The notes under the pieces are model-generated. The model saw nothing but the letters and a program-made list of their open reading frames with translations. It made no database searches and had not been told where the DNA came from. The translations under genes and the position numbers were made by a program. This document shows positions 36,211-45,645 of a stretch of 64,000 nt of DNA, piece after piece (the first letter of the stretch is position 1; each line of letters opens with the position of its first letter). Source of the stretch: a virus. The stretch lies in IMG/VR virus record IMGVR_UViG_3300035670_000172, positions 4,403-68,402 of that record. The stretch is one strand, 5' to 3'.

Positions 36211-36612
36211 ATGTACGAATATAATGTTAAGAAGGTAACAAAAGTAGTAGATGGTGACACGATTGATGTGGACATTGATCTGGGTTTCAACATCTCCTAC
36301 ACACAGCGTGTTCGCTTGGCTGGAATTGACACCCCCGAGTCACGCACCAAAGACCTCCGAGAGAAGGCTCTGGGGCTTGAGGTTAAAAATAAAGTCAAGA
36401 ATGCGATAGATAATGCCAAAACAATTATTATAAAAACAGAGCTCCCCGATAGCACCGAGAAATACGGGCGCATTCTGGGCTGGGTGTATCTGGATAACTC
36501 TCTCAAGTCATTAAACGAACAACTCATTGACGAGGGCTATGCTTGGGGATACATGGGCGCAACCAAAGTCAAAGACTTTGACGCACTGCTCGCAAAGCGG
36601 GTGGGTAAATGA
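36211..36612 (+). CDS. thermonuclease (SNase-family)
   Basis: VVDGDTIDV, RVRLAGIDTPE, EKYGRILG. Confidence 0.9.
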   Translation: MYEYNVKKVTKVVDGDTIDVDIDLGFNISYTQRVRLAGIDTPESRTKDLREKALGLEVKNKVKNAIDNAKTIIIKTELPDSTEKYGRILGWVYLDNSLKSLNEQLIDEGYAWGYMGATKVKDFDALLAKRVGK

Positions 36613-36854
36613 GAGTATGGATTGACCAAGACCTATGTACTGGAGATGGTCTGTGCGCCGAGATAGCCCCCGATGTTTTCACCATGCTGGAGGATGGATT
36701 AGCCTATGTCCAAGAGAACGGCAAGATTTACTCCAAGCTCCGAGGAAACCCCGAAGGCGCAGAAGGCATGGCATCTTTCGCTGACGCAAGACTTGATGAT
36801 GTGATTGAAGCGGCAACCGAATGCCCTGGCGAATGCATTTTCATTGAGCCATAA
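36609..36854 (+). CDS. ferredoxin (actinobacterial Fer4_13/15-type)
   Basis: VWIDQDLCTGDGLCAEIAPDVF...ECPGECI. Confidence 0.9.
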   Translation: MRVWIDQDLCTGDGLCAEIAPDVFTMLEDGLAYVQENGKIYSKLRGNPEGAEGMASFADARLDDVIEAATECPGECIFIEP

Positions 36855-36924
36855 AGACCACAACAGCCACAAGCAAGCAAACTTTTTTTAGTTAGTATTT
36901 ACCCGTTTTTCGCCACCGCTAAAA

Positions 36925-37221
36925 TTATTCCAAATCTTTAAATTCGGGGAAGTACTTCTCAATAGCTTTATCCCGACTGATTCCATAATTGACGCACCAT
37001 TCCTGGAGGAGACCGTTGGCAATATCCCGCCATCTATCTCGTTCCGCCTCTAACAGCTTCATCTCGTTAAAAGTATCCATATCCATTTTGAGCATTTTAC
37101 TCTTATCCATAAAATCAACCTCCGATCCGCAATCTCCAGTTCCTTCAAAGGAACACTGTGACTTCCAAGGTGTCATGTCGTAAACATCACACCACTTTAC
37201 GCCGCATGGTAGTACGCCCAT
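36925..37221 (-). CDS. hypothetical protein
   Basis: coupled to upstream gene. Confidence 0.55.
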   Translation of the reverse strand: MGVLPCGVKWCDVYDMTPWKSQCSFEGTGDCGSEVDFMDKSKMLKMDMDTFNEMKLLEAERDRWRDIANGLLQEWCVNYGISRDKAIEKYFPEFKDLE

Positions 37222-37778
37222 TACAGAACCTTGAAGTCTACATTAAGTATAAACCTAAATGGATTCTTAACAGGGTTTGAAGCTGCGTGAATCTGACTGC
37301 CATCAAAAATTACAGCACGACCTTTTTTGGGATAAACCGTGTCGGTTAGCTCTTTTTTATTGTTAAAAAAATAAGTTGGTCCATCTGTATCATTGATATA
37401 GTAAAGAAGCACCTTGTGTTCAACTGCAGTGCCATCATCGTACTGAAGATCAATGTGAGGAGTCTGATGCTCGTAATTCATCATTGGGGGATATGGGGAT
37501 GTTACATTTACCTTAGCCCGCAAAAGTCTGATGTTGCCGACCACACCTGCCAGATTTGCAACAAGCTTACTAATGGCGGGAAGATGTTTGGATGCAATAT
37601 CTGATTCAGATTCATAAAGGTGATGTGACATCTGCATTGGTGCATGATTCCATTTCCTATCTTCGTGGTAGATATGGCTGCGGTAGAAACGATAAGTAAC
37701 CTGAGGGTCAGTGAAGTATCCATATAGATACCCCTGATCCTCTATAGATATGTAATTATCTATGATTTGCATTTGCAA
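37221..37778 (-). CDS. 2OG-Fe(II) oxygenase
   Basis: PHID, LYYINDTDGPT, PKKGRAVIFDG-x2-HA, R-x3-N. Confidence 0.85.
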   Translation of the reverse strand: MQMQIIDNYISIEDQGYLYGYFTDPQVTYRFYRSHIYHEDRKWNHAPMQMSHHLYESESDIASKHLPAISKLVANLAGVVGNIRLLRAKVNVTSPYPPMMNYEHQTPHIDLQYDDGTAVEHKVLLYYINDTDGPTYFFNNKKELTDTVYPKKGRAVIFDGSQIHAASNPVKNPFRFILNVDFKVL

Positions 37779-38434
37779 TTTTTACAACCTTTTTTACATC
37801 CATCGTTACTATTAACATGAATTAGCGTTCCATACGGAACTGGAGCCCCCATTGTTCCCTTAAAGAAGCTATTTATAGAGATTGCAACTCGTGTTACATC
37901 TTCAGTGACTGTTGGAACGAAGTGAAGAAGCTCTGACGGAAATAAGATGATATCCCCAGGCTTAGCCATCATAGCAAATGTGTCTGAATTGTAATAATTT
38001 TCTTCATTTGAATTAAAACTCCATCTTTTTACACCTGGTCTATAAAACATTGTCCCGTCTAGCTCTTGCAAGGAAACATATACAACTCCAGAAACAATAC
38101 TGTTTTGATGAGCATGAGCAGTGTGATAATCACCTTTATCCAACCTTGTCACCCAAGAAGAGGTTAGTGCAAGACCTACATCATCCGATGTGTTATATAT
38201 ATTTTTAAAATAATTATCAAGATTTACTTGTATTCTATATTTAAGATCAGAAAGAATTTCGTTTTCAAGAATCTCTCTGTCATTAGTAACCCAAACGCCA
38301 TCAAACCTATCAGCACCGTGAGCTTGCTCAAAAAGAAATTTTATTTCTTCCTGTGTGAAATCTCTGCCTATTGATGATTTATAAATAGGCGTTGCAAATG
38401 CGTTATATATTGTTGCTTCCATGTTTTGTTCCAT
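37760..38434 (-). CDS. 2OG-Fe(II) oxygenase (TIGR02466/2OG-FeII_Oxy_5-like)
   Basis: SSW...HAHQNSIVSGVVY...GDIILFPSELLH...RVAISIN. Confidence 0.85.
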   Translation of the reverse strand: MEQNMEATIYNAFATPIYKSSIGRDFTQEEIKFLFEQAHGADRFDGVWVTNDREILENEILSDLKYRIQVNLDNYFKNIYNTSDDVGLALTSSWVTRLDKGDYHTAHAHQNSIVSGVVYVSLQELDGTMFYRPGVKRWSFNSNEENYYNSDTFAMMAKPGDIILFPSELLHFVPTVTEDVTRVAISINSFFKGTMGAPVPYGTLIHVNSNDGCKKGCKNCKCKS

Positions 38435-38452
38435 ATTTCCTCCGTTTTATAG

Positions 38453-38525
38453 CTGGCGAGGTAGGGCTTGAACCTACGACCCAGGGATTAACAGTCCCTT
38501 GCTCTGCCAACTGAGCTACTCGCCA
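38453..38525 (-). tRNA. tRNA-Asn(GUU)
   Basis: cloverleaf; AGGGA-CTGTTAA-TCCCT anticodon arm, GGTTCAAGCCC T-arm. Confidence 0.92.
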
Positions 38526-38530
38526 TTGTA

Positions 38531-38611
38531 TTACTTAATCAACAGTATAGCAATTGTAATTGCATGCAGTGTGAAATACACTGCATGTGTAATCTTATCT
38601 TGTTTTGACAT
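38531..38611 (-). CDS. 26-aa hydrophobic peptide between tRNAs
   Basis: GGAGG RBS; MSKQDKITHAVYFTLHAITIAILLIK. Confidence 0.5.
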   Translation of the reverse strand: MSKQDKITHAVYFTLHAITIAILLIK

Positions 38612-38623
38612 ATTTCCTCCTAG

Positions 38624-38695
38624 AGCCCCCTCTCGGACTTGAACCGAGGACCGCTTCATTACAAGTGAAGTGCTCTACCACTGAGCTAAAGGGGC
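38624..38695 (-). tRNA. tRNA-Thr(UGU)
   Basis: cloverleaf; CTTCA-CTTGTAA-TGAAG anticodon arm, GGTTCAAGTCC T-arm. Confidence 0.92.
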
Positions 38696-38699
38696 GGTG

Positions 38700-39341
38700 T
38701 TAATCTTCTTTAGAGACAACATCATAATCATACCTATCATCATCCGATGTTGTCCATTTATCTCCATCTTCCACATCCCAAACTTTTGTATTGATCAATC
38801 TTTCAATCAACCTTTCGTCTTTCTTTGTTGTGTAGGAAGGATCCCATAGACGAACTCTGTTGTTTGGCTGAATGGCAAAGTTACCATCTTTTCTATTTAT
38901 CACATGACCACACTTGTGTTGACCTGGATTAACTGAATATCCTGTATTTACAATATTTGAATCAGGGGTATGCCAGTCTAGTGTAAACATGTATTTACCA
39001 TCAACTTTATTCTTACGCCTGTCAAGGTAGGTCATAGACATACCACGCATGTGTTCAAAAGTTGTTACTGTGATATGAGAAGAAAAGCTGTTCCACATAA
39101 CCAAGTCATGCAAATCAACCTCTGGACTGTCTGGTGAAGAACAGAAAGCGTTTATTGGAGCCCTCCACCACACACCGCCATCTTCCATCAAAAAATGAAA
39201 TACAGGTGCTCTATCTGGAATTGATGCTACTCCAAAAATTACGCATGGAAATTTAACATCATGGCTATCAACCTGATTGCGTAAAAAGTTACCACGAACA
39301 TAACACTCAATTGGCGGGATGTTTGCATTTAATTCTGGCAT
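38700..39341 (-). CDS. conserved phage hypothetical protein
   Basis: LNANIPPIECYVR, GKYMFTLDW, HKCGH, QPNNR motifs. Confidence 0.75.
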   Translation of the reverse strand: MPELNANIPPIECYVRGNFLRNQVDSHDVKFPCVIFGVASIPDRAPVFHFLMEDGGVWWRAPINAFCSSPDSPEVDLHDLVMWNSFSSHITVTTFEHMRGMSMTYLDRRKNKVDGKYMFTLDWHTPDSNIVNTGYSVNPGQHKCGHVINRKDGNFAIQPNNRVRLWDPSYTTKKDERLIERLINTKVWDVEDGDKWTTSDDDRYDYDVVSKED

Positions 39342-39364
39342 GTTGTTTATTCCTTTATAAAAAA

Positions 39365-39964
39365 TTAAACATATTTAATTGCACTAGAAAGTGCATATTT
39401 AACAATACCATAATTAGCAGTAGCAATATCTGCTGCAACAAGTGTATAGTCGTATAATATATTATCAATCCTTCTTCTGTTATACGCTGAATGATACTCA
39501 ATCAAATAAATATCTGGCTTAATAACCATGTTTTCTAGTATTTCAATCTCAGCACCTTCGGTATCAATTTTCACAATATCTGCTTTTGGCAGCAAACTTG
39601 CTGCTACAACAGAAACATCCTCACCCTCTTCAACCTGCTCAGCGCCATGTTGAAAACTGCATTCACCAACATTGTGAGCTCCATAATACATTCTTCTTTG
39701 CTCTGTCTTTGAACCTATTGCAAGATTCATAACCATAATGTTATCAAGATCTTTTGTATTTGATTTTAAAAACTCAAAATTTTTCTTAATTGGTTCATAT
39801 GAATAAATTTTTGAATTCTTCCATCTCTGATTAGCCCATAAACAAAATCCACCAACATTACCACCGATGTCTAGAATTACTGGATTTTCTTTTTCATATG
39901 GAATGTCGTACTCCCCTTTGAATATTTTTTCAATATGGGAAATCATGTTGTTTGGAGCTTTCAT
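39365..39964 (-). CDS. FkbM-family methyltransferase
   Basis: LDIGGNVG, YEP, VKIDTEGAE, IEYH. Confidence 0.85.
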   Translation of the reverse strand: MKAPNNMISHIEKIFKGEYDIPYEKENPVILDIGGNVGGFCLWANQRWKNSKIYSYEPIKKNFEFLKSNTKDLDNIMVMNLAIGSKTEQRRMYYGAHNVGECSFQHGAEQVEEGEDVSVVAASLLPKADIVKIDTEGAEIEILENMVIKPDIYLIEYHSAYNRRRIDNILYDYTLVAADIATANYGIVKYALSSAIKYV

Positions 39965-39965
39965 G

Positions 39966-40460
39966 TTATATTTTTCTTTTTACTTGTTTTTTAACAATCT
40001 TCTTTGCCGCTTTCTTTTTAGCTCTTGGTTTTGGCATATCGGGCGTGGGCATCCACTTACCCATTGATTCAGCAAGAGCATCAATAATTCTTTCACATTC
40101 ATAATCAATTAGCGATGTCACCATCTTGTTAACAGTGTTGTCCTTATTGGAGCTATCAGGGTCTGGCTTTAACACTTCACTCACAGCTTCTGAAATTATA
40201 GCCATGTGACAATGAAGGAGTTCATGAACAATTGTTGCACGAAGATCTTCTGGCTTATCTTTTCTAAAATCCTTGTGTAAATACATTTTTGCAAGATGTT
40301 GCCCGTGAATAACTTCCGTTTCACCGAGCGCATCTGGATGACATGGCTTTGTCTGCATCATAATTACCCAATGAGATAGCCCCATCATGTTCTTAAGTTT
40401 ATTTACATAGCGAACAACCCACGGGTCCATTGCTTCTATTTTTACAGGTGCCTTAGCCAT
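39966..40460 (-). CDS. zincin-like HEXXH protein
   Basis: TIVHELLHCH. Confidence 0.65.
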   Translation of the reverse strand: MAKAPVKIEAMDPWVVRYVNKLKNMMGLSHWVIMMQTKPCHPDALGETEVIHGQHLAKMYLHKDFRKDKPEDLRATIVHELLHCHMAIISEAVSEVLKPDPDSSNKDNTVNKMVTSLIDYECERIIDALAESMGKWMPTPDMPKPRAKKKAAKKIVKKQVKRKI

Positions 40461-40716
40461 AATGCGGACCCATGTTTTCTATTACGGCAAGTCTTTCTTC
40501 TTCACTGGAGAATAACCTGACTGCATATACGCATGGATCTCCACCGTCTTCCCAGTCAAGATCCTCTTCCCTTGTGCTTGGGATTCCGTCATGAACGGAA
40601 CAAACTGGTTTACTTACCCAACCATTTTGAATTCCCAATAACAACCAATCGTCAAAACTTTTTTCAACAGACCAAGGGTTGTAATTTTTTTCTGGGTCAT
40701 AAAAATTATCTGTCAT
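40453..40716 (-). CDS. hypothetical protein
   Basis: WVSKPVCSVHDG...GGDPC. Confidence 0.7.
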   Translation of the reverse strand: MTDNFYDPEKNYNPWSVEKSFDDWLLLGIQNGWVSKPVCSVHDGIPSTREEDLDWEDGGDPCVYAVRLFSSEEERLAVIENMGPHYG

Positions 40717-40936
40717 TTTTTCTCCATGTTAATGCATTTTTTAAATAAACTATACCATAGGCAAGTGAACCAAGTATAAAACCATACTGCTTAGTGATAA
40801 TTGCATAGTATGTCCAAAAACACTCTACACAAATCATCCACAGAAAAGCTTCCCACTTTTTCTTGCCAATAAAGAACATACCAACAATGCCCATTGATGC
40901 TAATAGCCATGACCATTGTTGGTTGCTCATAAACAA
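40706..40936 (-). CDS. small 3-TM membrane protein
   Basis: hydrophobic helices, QYGFI. Confidence 0.65.
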   Translation of the reverse strand: MFMSNQQWSWLLASMGIVGMFFIGKKKWEAFLWMICVECFWTYYAIITKQYGFILGSLAYGIVYLKNALTWRKNDR

Positions 40937-40938
40937 TA

Positions 40939-41394
40939 TTAGCTGTTTGCTCTTTCCACTTCTGGATTTACAATTTCAAAATGCCCACGCTTTACTTTCT
41001 TAAAGTACGAACGATTTGCGTTGTAGAAGTTGTAAAATGTTGGGAGGGAAACTTCAGTTCCTGTTGCTACCTGAACTGGTGTTACTACTTTACCAACATT
41101 TACTTTCAAAAAATTAACAATATTGTCTTGCTTAGACTTTCTTCCAGCCATTTCTTTTACCATCCTTTGTTTGAAGTTAAATATTTCTGAATAATGATTG
41201 TATTCCTCAATAGAAATTCCATAGTACTTGCATGTCTTTTGAACACCCCAATCTCTGTAGTGACCATAAATAACAGACGAAGCTGCTCTGTGGTCATTGA
41301 CTGGGATTTTAGAAATTAGATGTTGATAAACTTTGTCAAACTCAGCAGTGCTGGTAAAACTGGTTTCCTCTTCATTTACAATCTCTTCTGACAT
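40939..41394 (-). CDS. putative winged-helix DNA-binding protein
   Basis: VSLPTFYNF...FKKVKRGHFEI. Confidence 0.6.
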   Translation of the reverse strand: MSEEIVNEEETSFTSTAEFDKVYQHLISKIPVNDHRAASSVIYGHYRDWGVQKTCKYYGISIEEYNHYSEIFNFKQRMVKEMAGRKSKQDNIVNFLKVNVGKVVTPVQVATGTEVSLPTFYNFYNANRSYFKKVKRGHFEIVNPEVERANS

Positions 41395-41537
41395 TTTGTG
41401 TCCTTTCTATTAGAGAGTGAAAGTTTACCATTTCTAAAAAAGAAAATCAACTAGTTTTATAAAAATAAATAACGGGCGCTTCCCACACCTGTAATAACCT
41501 TTCAGAATACTACAAGCCAAGAAACGCCCGTTAAAAT

Positions 41538-41729
41538 TTATTTTTTAGTTAAATGCCAATCAATGTGTTTATCAAGTTTATTTTCAACTTTTACAACATC
41601 CTTATGAAGATCCTGTAGAAGCGAAGCGACTACGCCGTGATCGTTTTTGTTTTCTTCTCTACTTTTTTGCACCAGTGCTGCGAGTATTCCACCCACAGCA
41701 GCAATAGCCGCAACAATCACAGCTTCCAT
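41538..41729 (-). CDS. small TM + coiled-coil protein (holin/antiholin-like)
   Basis: N-terminal TM, KLDKHIDWH tail. Confidence 0.55.
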   Translation of the reverse strand: MEAVIVAAIAAVGGILAALVQKSREENKNDHGVVASLLQDLHKDVVKVENKLDKHIDWHLTKK

Positions 41730-41738
41730 TGTGCAACA

Positions 41739-42122
41739 TTACTCTGCCAGTAAGAAGCTTGCAATATCTTCTACCGACATATCAAACTTTCCAAACTGCT
41801 CTTCGTGCTGGGAAAGGATTTCAACAAGATCGCCCTTCTTAACCGTTTTGGGGTCAAGAGGAATTTCTTTTGTTGGCGATGTCTTACCAGAGCCAGATGT
41901 TGGGGCTGATGCTGATCCACCTGTTGGAACACCACTAACCTTCTTTTCTGGATCAAGCGGGACTTCGTTGATCATTCCCTTGATAATATTAACCTGTGAG
42001 TCGTGCCAAGCGGCAGCCTTAATGTGATCTTGCATCTGCTCAGCTGCTGATTTTGCAGCAGTTTCATGCCAAGACTTCATTGCGTTATGGTCAGAAACCA
42101 TCTTTTTCATATTGTCTTTCAT
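41739..42122 (-). CDS. hypothetical protein
   Basis: AAGGAG RBS; repeated EVPLDP/EIPLDP. Confidence 0.7.
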   Translation of the reverse strand: MKDNMKKMVSDHNAMKSWHETAAKSAAEQMQDHIKAAAWHDSQVNIIKGMINEVPLDPEKKVSGVPTGGSASAPTSGSGKTSPTKEIPLDPKTVKKGDLVEILSQHEEQFGKFDMSVEDIASFLLAE

Positions 42123-42182
42123 AACTCTCCTTATATCAAAGATATGCTTAATAGCATATCATATTTACCATTCAATGGTATA

Positions 42183-42962
42183 TTACTCACCCATCCTATC
42201 GTTTTCTTTATCTTCTACCTCAACAACTCCGTCAGGAATAATAGCAAACCTGCACATGCCTTCGTCCTCAACTTTTTGAGCGATAATCATACACACTCCG
42301 TTTTTTTCATATAAAACACAGTTTGCACATTTTACACCAATGTCCTTGACATCGTTTTCTTCGGCACTTTCGTAACCAGCCCAAATGCCAGTTTCATCTT
42401 CATTAAACTTTCCAAACTTCCTAGCGATTGTTACTAGAGCATCAGCAAGCGCCGCCTCTTCTTCCGCCAGGTCCTCGGCAATTTTTGAAATATCAAATGC
42501 TTTATTCACTGTTCTATAACCTCCACCTCTTTTTTTATATTCACGAACCAGCCATGCATTTGCATAGGCAGATGGATATACATCAAACTTAGCTTTTGCT
42601 TCAGCTTTAACCCTTGCATACAGAGCTGGGTTGGTTGGGACATTTCTTGTTGCTTTTTCAACATCTGTTGAAACATTAATCGGTTTTTTATCCTCTCTAC
42701 TTTGAGTGGACTCCGCCCTGCGCTTTCTTTGAACAGCAGAACGAATTTGTTCTGGTGTCATTTGTGCGGCACGAGCAGCTGGGACACACTTTGGGTATTT
42801 GCCAGACTCAGCATCTGCTCTCCCACAGGGCTCAAAACCACCACCAGCTTTCGGTCTTGAAATATCAACCCATTTTTCCTTAAACCAATCTTTTAAAGAT
42901 TTAATTGCATATTCAACATCTTCCTCTGTCAGGCTGTTTTGAGGTTCTTGATTCGTTGACAT
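42183..42962 (-). CDS. multi-module hypothetical protein with C-terminal CxxC Fe-S/Zn-like module
   Basis: WFKEKWVDI...YPKCVP; VKAEAKAKFDVYPSAYA; CANC...C...C. Confidence 0.7.
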   Translation of the reverse strand: MSTNQEPQNSLTEEDVEYAIKSLKDWFKEKWVDISRPKAGGGFEPCGRADAESGKYPKCVPAARAAQMTPEQIRSAVQRKRRAESTQSREDKKPINVSTDVEKATRNVPTNPALYARVKAEAKAKFDVYPSAYANAWLVREYKKRGGGYRTVNKAFDISKIAEDLAEEEAALADALVTIARKFGKFNEDETGIWAGYESAEENDVKDIGVKCANCVLYEKNGVCMIIAQKVEDEGMCRFAIIPDGVVEVEDKENDRMGE

Positions 42963-42981
42963 AATCTATAATTTTATCACA

Positions 42982-43269
42982 TTATTGGTAAATTGAATAA
43001 AGCTCTTCCTTGGTCCACCTTTGGACTGGCATTTGTATATCTTTAAAATAAAAAAATGCATCTTCCGATGTATAGTATATGCGAGCATAGGCTTGTAGTG
43101 CACCTTCGTCATACGCAGGACAGTTAGGGTTTTTATCTAAATATAAAGCTTTGTATTGATACACATCCTCACCCCAATGAATAGCATTAACTGGCACAAG
43201 CTTCCAGTTGCAGTATGGGCATAATTTTTCTGGATATGGGAAATCTTTTTTTATACCACCTAATATCAT
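42982..43269 (-). CDS. hypothetical protein
   Basis: CPYC. Confidence 0.65.
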   Translation of the reverse strand: MILGGIKKDFPYPEKLCPYCNWKLVPVNAIHWGEDVYQYKALYLDKNPNCPAYDEGALQAYARIYYTSEDAFFYFKDIQMPVQRWTKEELYSIYQ

Positions 43270-43535
43270 TAAAAACCATCTTCTTTTTCGTTGTCATCTT
43301 TATCAAATGTTCTTTGAAGTAAGAATGCAATTATGTGATCAACACTTTTATGAGCTATTTCTACTCCATCCATTAGACAGTTTAACTCATCAAGAGACAT
43401 TGGATAATCTTCCTCTGGGCTTTGAATAAAGAATGCAGGGACAAAGCTGTTTTCAAAAGGAACTGCTTTAATTACTATAGACAGGCTCTCAATGTCTTCT
43501 AGGTTTTCCTCACCGTTGTAAGGTATAATTCTCAT
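43269..43535 (-). CDS. hypothetical protein
   Basis: coupled ORF. Confidence 0.65.
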   Translation of the reverse strand: MRIIPYNGEENLEDIESLSIVIKAVPFENSFVPAFFIQSPEEDYPMSLDELNCLMDGVEIAHKSVDHIIAFLLQRTFDKDDNEKEDGF

Positions 43536-43917
43536 CGCAATCTATTCCTTTTTCTGTAACAATTGTAATATTTTTGTAAGACAATATCATACTTTTCAAA
43601 AGCTTACGCAGCAAACTTCCTTCTTCATTTTTTTCTTTACCAAAAAAAAGAACTATTTCATAATCATCAATTTCTTTTTTAAAAAACATTTTGTAATGTT
43701 TATCTTTAATAATATTTACTTTTTTATTTAATTGCATTTTAACCCACAACTGAACAAATCTAGAAGTTGTTGCTGGGCATATATATATATAAACCTGGGA
43801 TTCGGACAGTTTAGAAATAAATTGTGTTATGTATGGATATGGAAAACCAGTGTCACTTAGTATTAAAACTTTTTTTTGTTTTAAAAATGAAAAATCAATT
43901 TCATCTATTTGAAACAT
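43510..43917 (-). CDS. hypothetical protein
   Basis: CAGGA RBS before ATG 43917. Confidence 0.6.
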   Translation of the reverse strand: MFQIDEIDFSFLKQKKVLILSDTGFPYPYITQFISKLSESQVYIYICPATTSRFVQLWVKMQLNKKVNIIKDKHYKMFFKKEIDDYEIVLFFGKEKNEEGSLLRKLLKSMILSYKNITIVTEKGIDCDENYTLQR

Positions 43918-44092
43918 TGTTATTTGTATTCCTGTACTTATGAAGTACAACAAACATACTAGATACTAACGAAAACAATAAGGCTGACCCCCAGCCAATG
44001 TTATGATCAAAACCCCAATCAATAGCTGTTTTAATACAGAGGGCGTTTAAAAACATATAAGTCATATACAATAAAAAAGCAGCAAACATCAT
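43901..44092 (-). CDS. small 2-TM protein
   Basis: two hydrophobic segments. Confidence 0.55.
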   Translation of the reverse strand: MMFAAFLLYMTYMFLNALCIKTAIDWGFDHNIGWGSALLFSLVSSMFVVLHKYRNTNNNVSNR

Positions 44093-44305
44093 GGTTACAT
44101 CATCTCACATTTTTTAAGAAAAATCTCGTCTTTCAAAAAAAAGTAGAAACTATTGAATTCCCCAGAATTTTTTGATATGCTTCGCATGCAAAGCGAGCGA
44201 TAGTACTTGGTATACAAAGCATACTGCTTATACTTATACACAATAAGTATATTGGTATACTTAGCATACAGGTTGCAATAATAGCGAAAGTGATATAATT
44301 ACACT

Positions 44306-44551
44306 ATGAAAATTATCGGTATTGTTGAATCTGATGACTATAGCGGTGCGGCGATAATTGACGCAGATTACATCTCGGTAATCCAAATGAACGGTTATTG
44401 GATGGCGGCTTCAAAATGCATGTTTAGTCACATGCCAGTTACTTGTGAAATTTCTAAAGAAGCGGCTGATAAGTTTGTAGAAAATGGTGTAAAATATTTA
44501 GACTTTGATGCCAATACAAATCCTACAAAAAAAACTAAAAAAAGCAAGTAA
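44306..44551 (+). CDS. hypothetical protein
   Basis: TTGCAA...TATAAT just upstream (probably leaderless). Confidence 0.7.
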   Translation: MKIIGIVESDDYSGAAIIDADYISVIQMNGYWMAASKCMFSHMPVTCEISKEAADKFVENGVKYLDFDANTNPTKKTKKSK

Positions 44552-44557
44552 CATTTT

Positions 44558-45571
44558 ATGAAAAAAATAAGCTGGTTTAGCCCTGGTAGTGTTGATGTAA
44601 GCGGTATGCCTTGGTATAGTCAAGGCTACAGTAATGCTGCTTTAAATGTCATTAACTCATTAATGCAAAAAGATATTGGTGTCTTCTACAATAGAAATGA
44701 AATTCCATTTCATATTAATTTTTGCCAGCCTCATTATTATCAAATGCAGAATCTATATAAGGTTGGTTACACACCTTGGGAGTCAACAAAGATTCCAGTA
44801 GGTTGGTATCACAACATGCAGAAGATGGATGAGATATGGGCAACATCAAATTTTGTAAAAGATGTGTATGTTAAAAACAATGTTCATCACAATATTCATG
44901 TAATACCTCACGGCATCTCGGATGACTTTAAAATAGTAGATAGAGAAGTTACAAAAACATTTAATTTCCTTCATGTTGGCGGAGATTCAAAAAGAAAAAA
45001 TGCGCAGATGGTGGTTGATGCTTTTCTTGAACTATATGAAGACAATATGGACTTTAAGCTTGTATTAAAATACAATGGTTTTTGCCAAGCTGAAGTTTAC
45101 ATTGATAATAATTTGGTACCAGCAACTCAACATCCTCAGATAGTTGGGATACCAGAAAACTTAAGCACAGAAGACCTAGTTAAGCTTTATCATAAATGTC
45201 ACTGCCTTGTTTACCCAACAAGTGGTGAAGGTTTTGGAATGATTCCATTTGAAGCAATCTGTACAGGTATGCCGACAATTGTAACAGATGCAACTGGCTG
45301 TAGTGATTTTGCAAAATATTCAATACCTTTGTCATGTAGGATGGATAATGCTGAGTGGAATAATCACCAATATGGTGAAGACACTGGCATGTGGGCATAT
45401 CCAGATATGGACCAGCTTATGGATCTTATGACTCATGTTGTTTCTGAATACGATGAGTTTAAGAAATATACGATGCAGTCTGCAAGGATATTGCATAATG
45501 AGCATTCTTGGTCAAACATTGCAGACAAAATTATTGAAAGAATTTCTTTTTACGAAAATAATTTTTCTTAG
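44558..45571 (+). CDS. GT4-like glycosyltransferase
   Basis: PWES, DEIWATS, RKN, GEGFGMIPFEAICTGMPTI. Confidence 0.85.
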   Translation: MKKISWFSPGSVDVSGMPWYSQGYSNAALNVINSLMQKDIGVFYNRNEIPFHINFCQPHYYQMQNLYKVGYTPWESTKIPVGWYHNMQKMDEIWATSNFVKDVYVKNNVHHNIHVIPHGISDDFKIVDREVTKTFNFLHVGGDSKRKNAQMVVDAFLELYEDNMDFKLVLKYNGFCQAEVYIDNNLVPATQHPQIVGIPENLSTEDLVKLYHKCHCLVYPTSGEGFGMIPFEAICTGMPTIVTDATGCSDFAKYSIPLSCRMDNAEWNNHQYGEDTGMWAYPDMDQLMDLMTHVVSEYDEFKKYTMQSARILHNEHSWSNIADKIIERISFYENNFS

Positions 45572-45645
45572 ACCTAAGTATCTTTAGTTGCTACGACTAG
45601 ATCCACAGGGTAAGATGGTTCTTCTTACTTTCGGAGGTATGTCAA

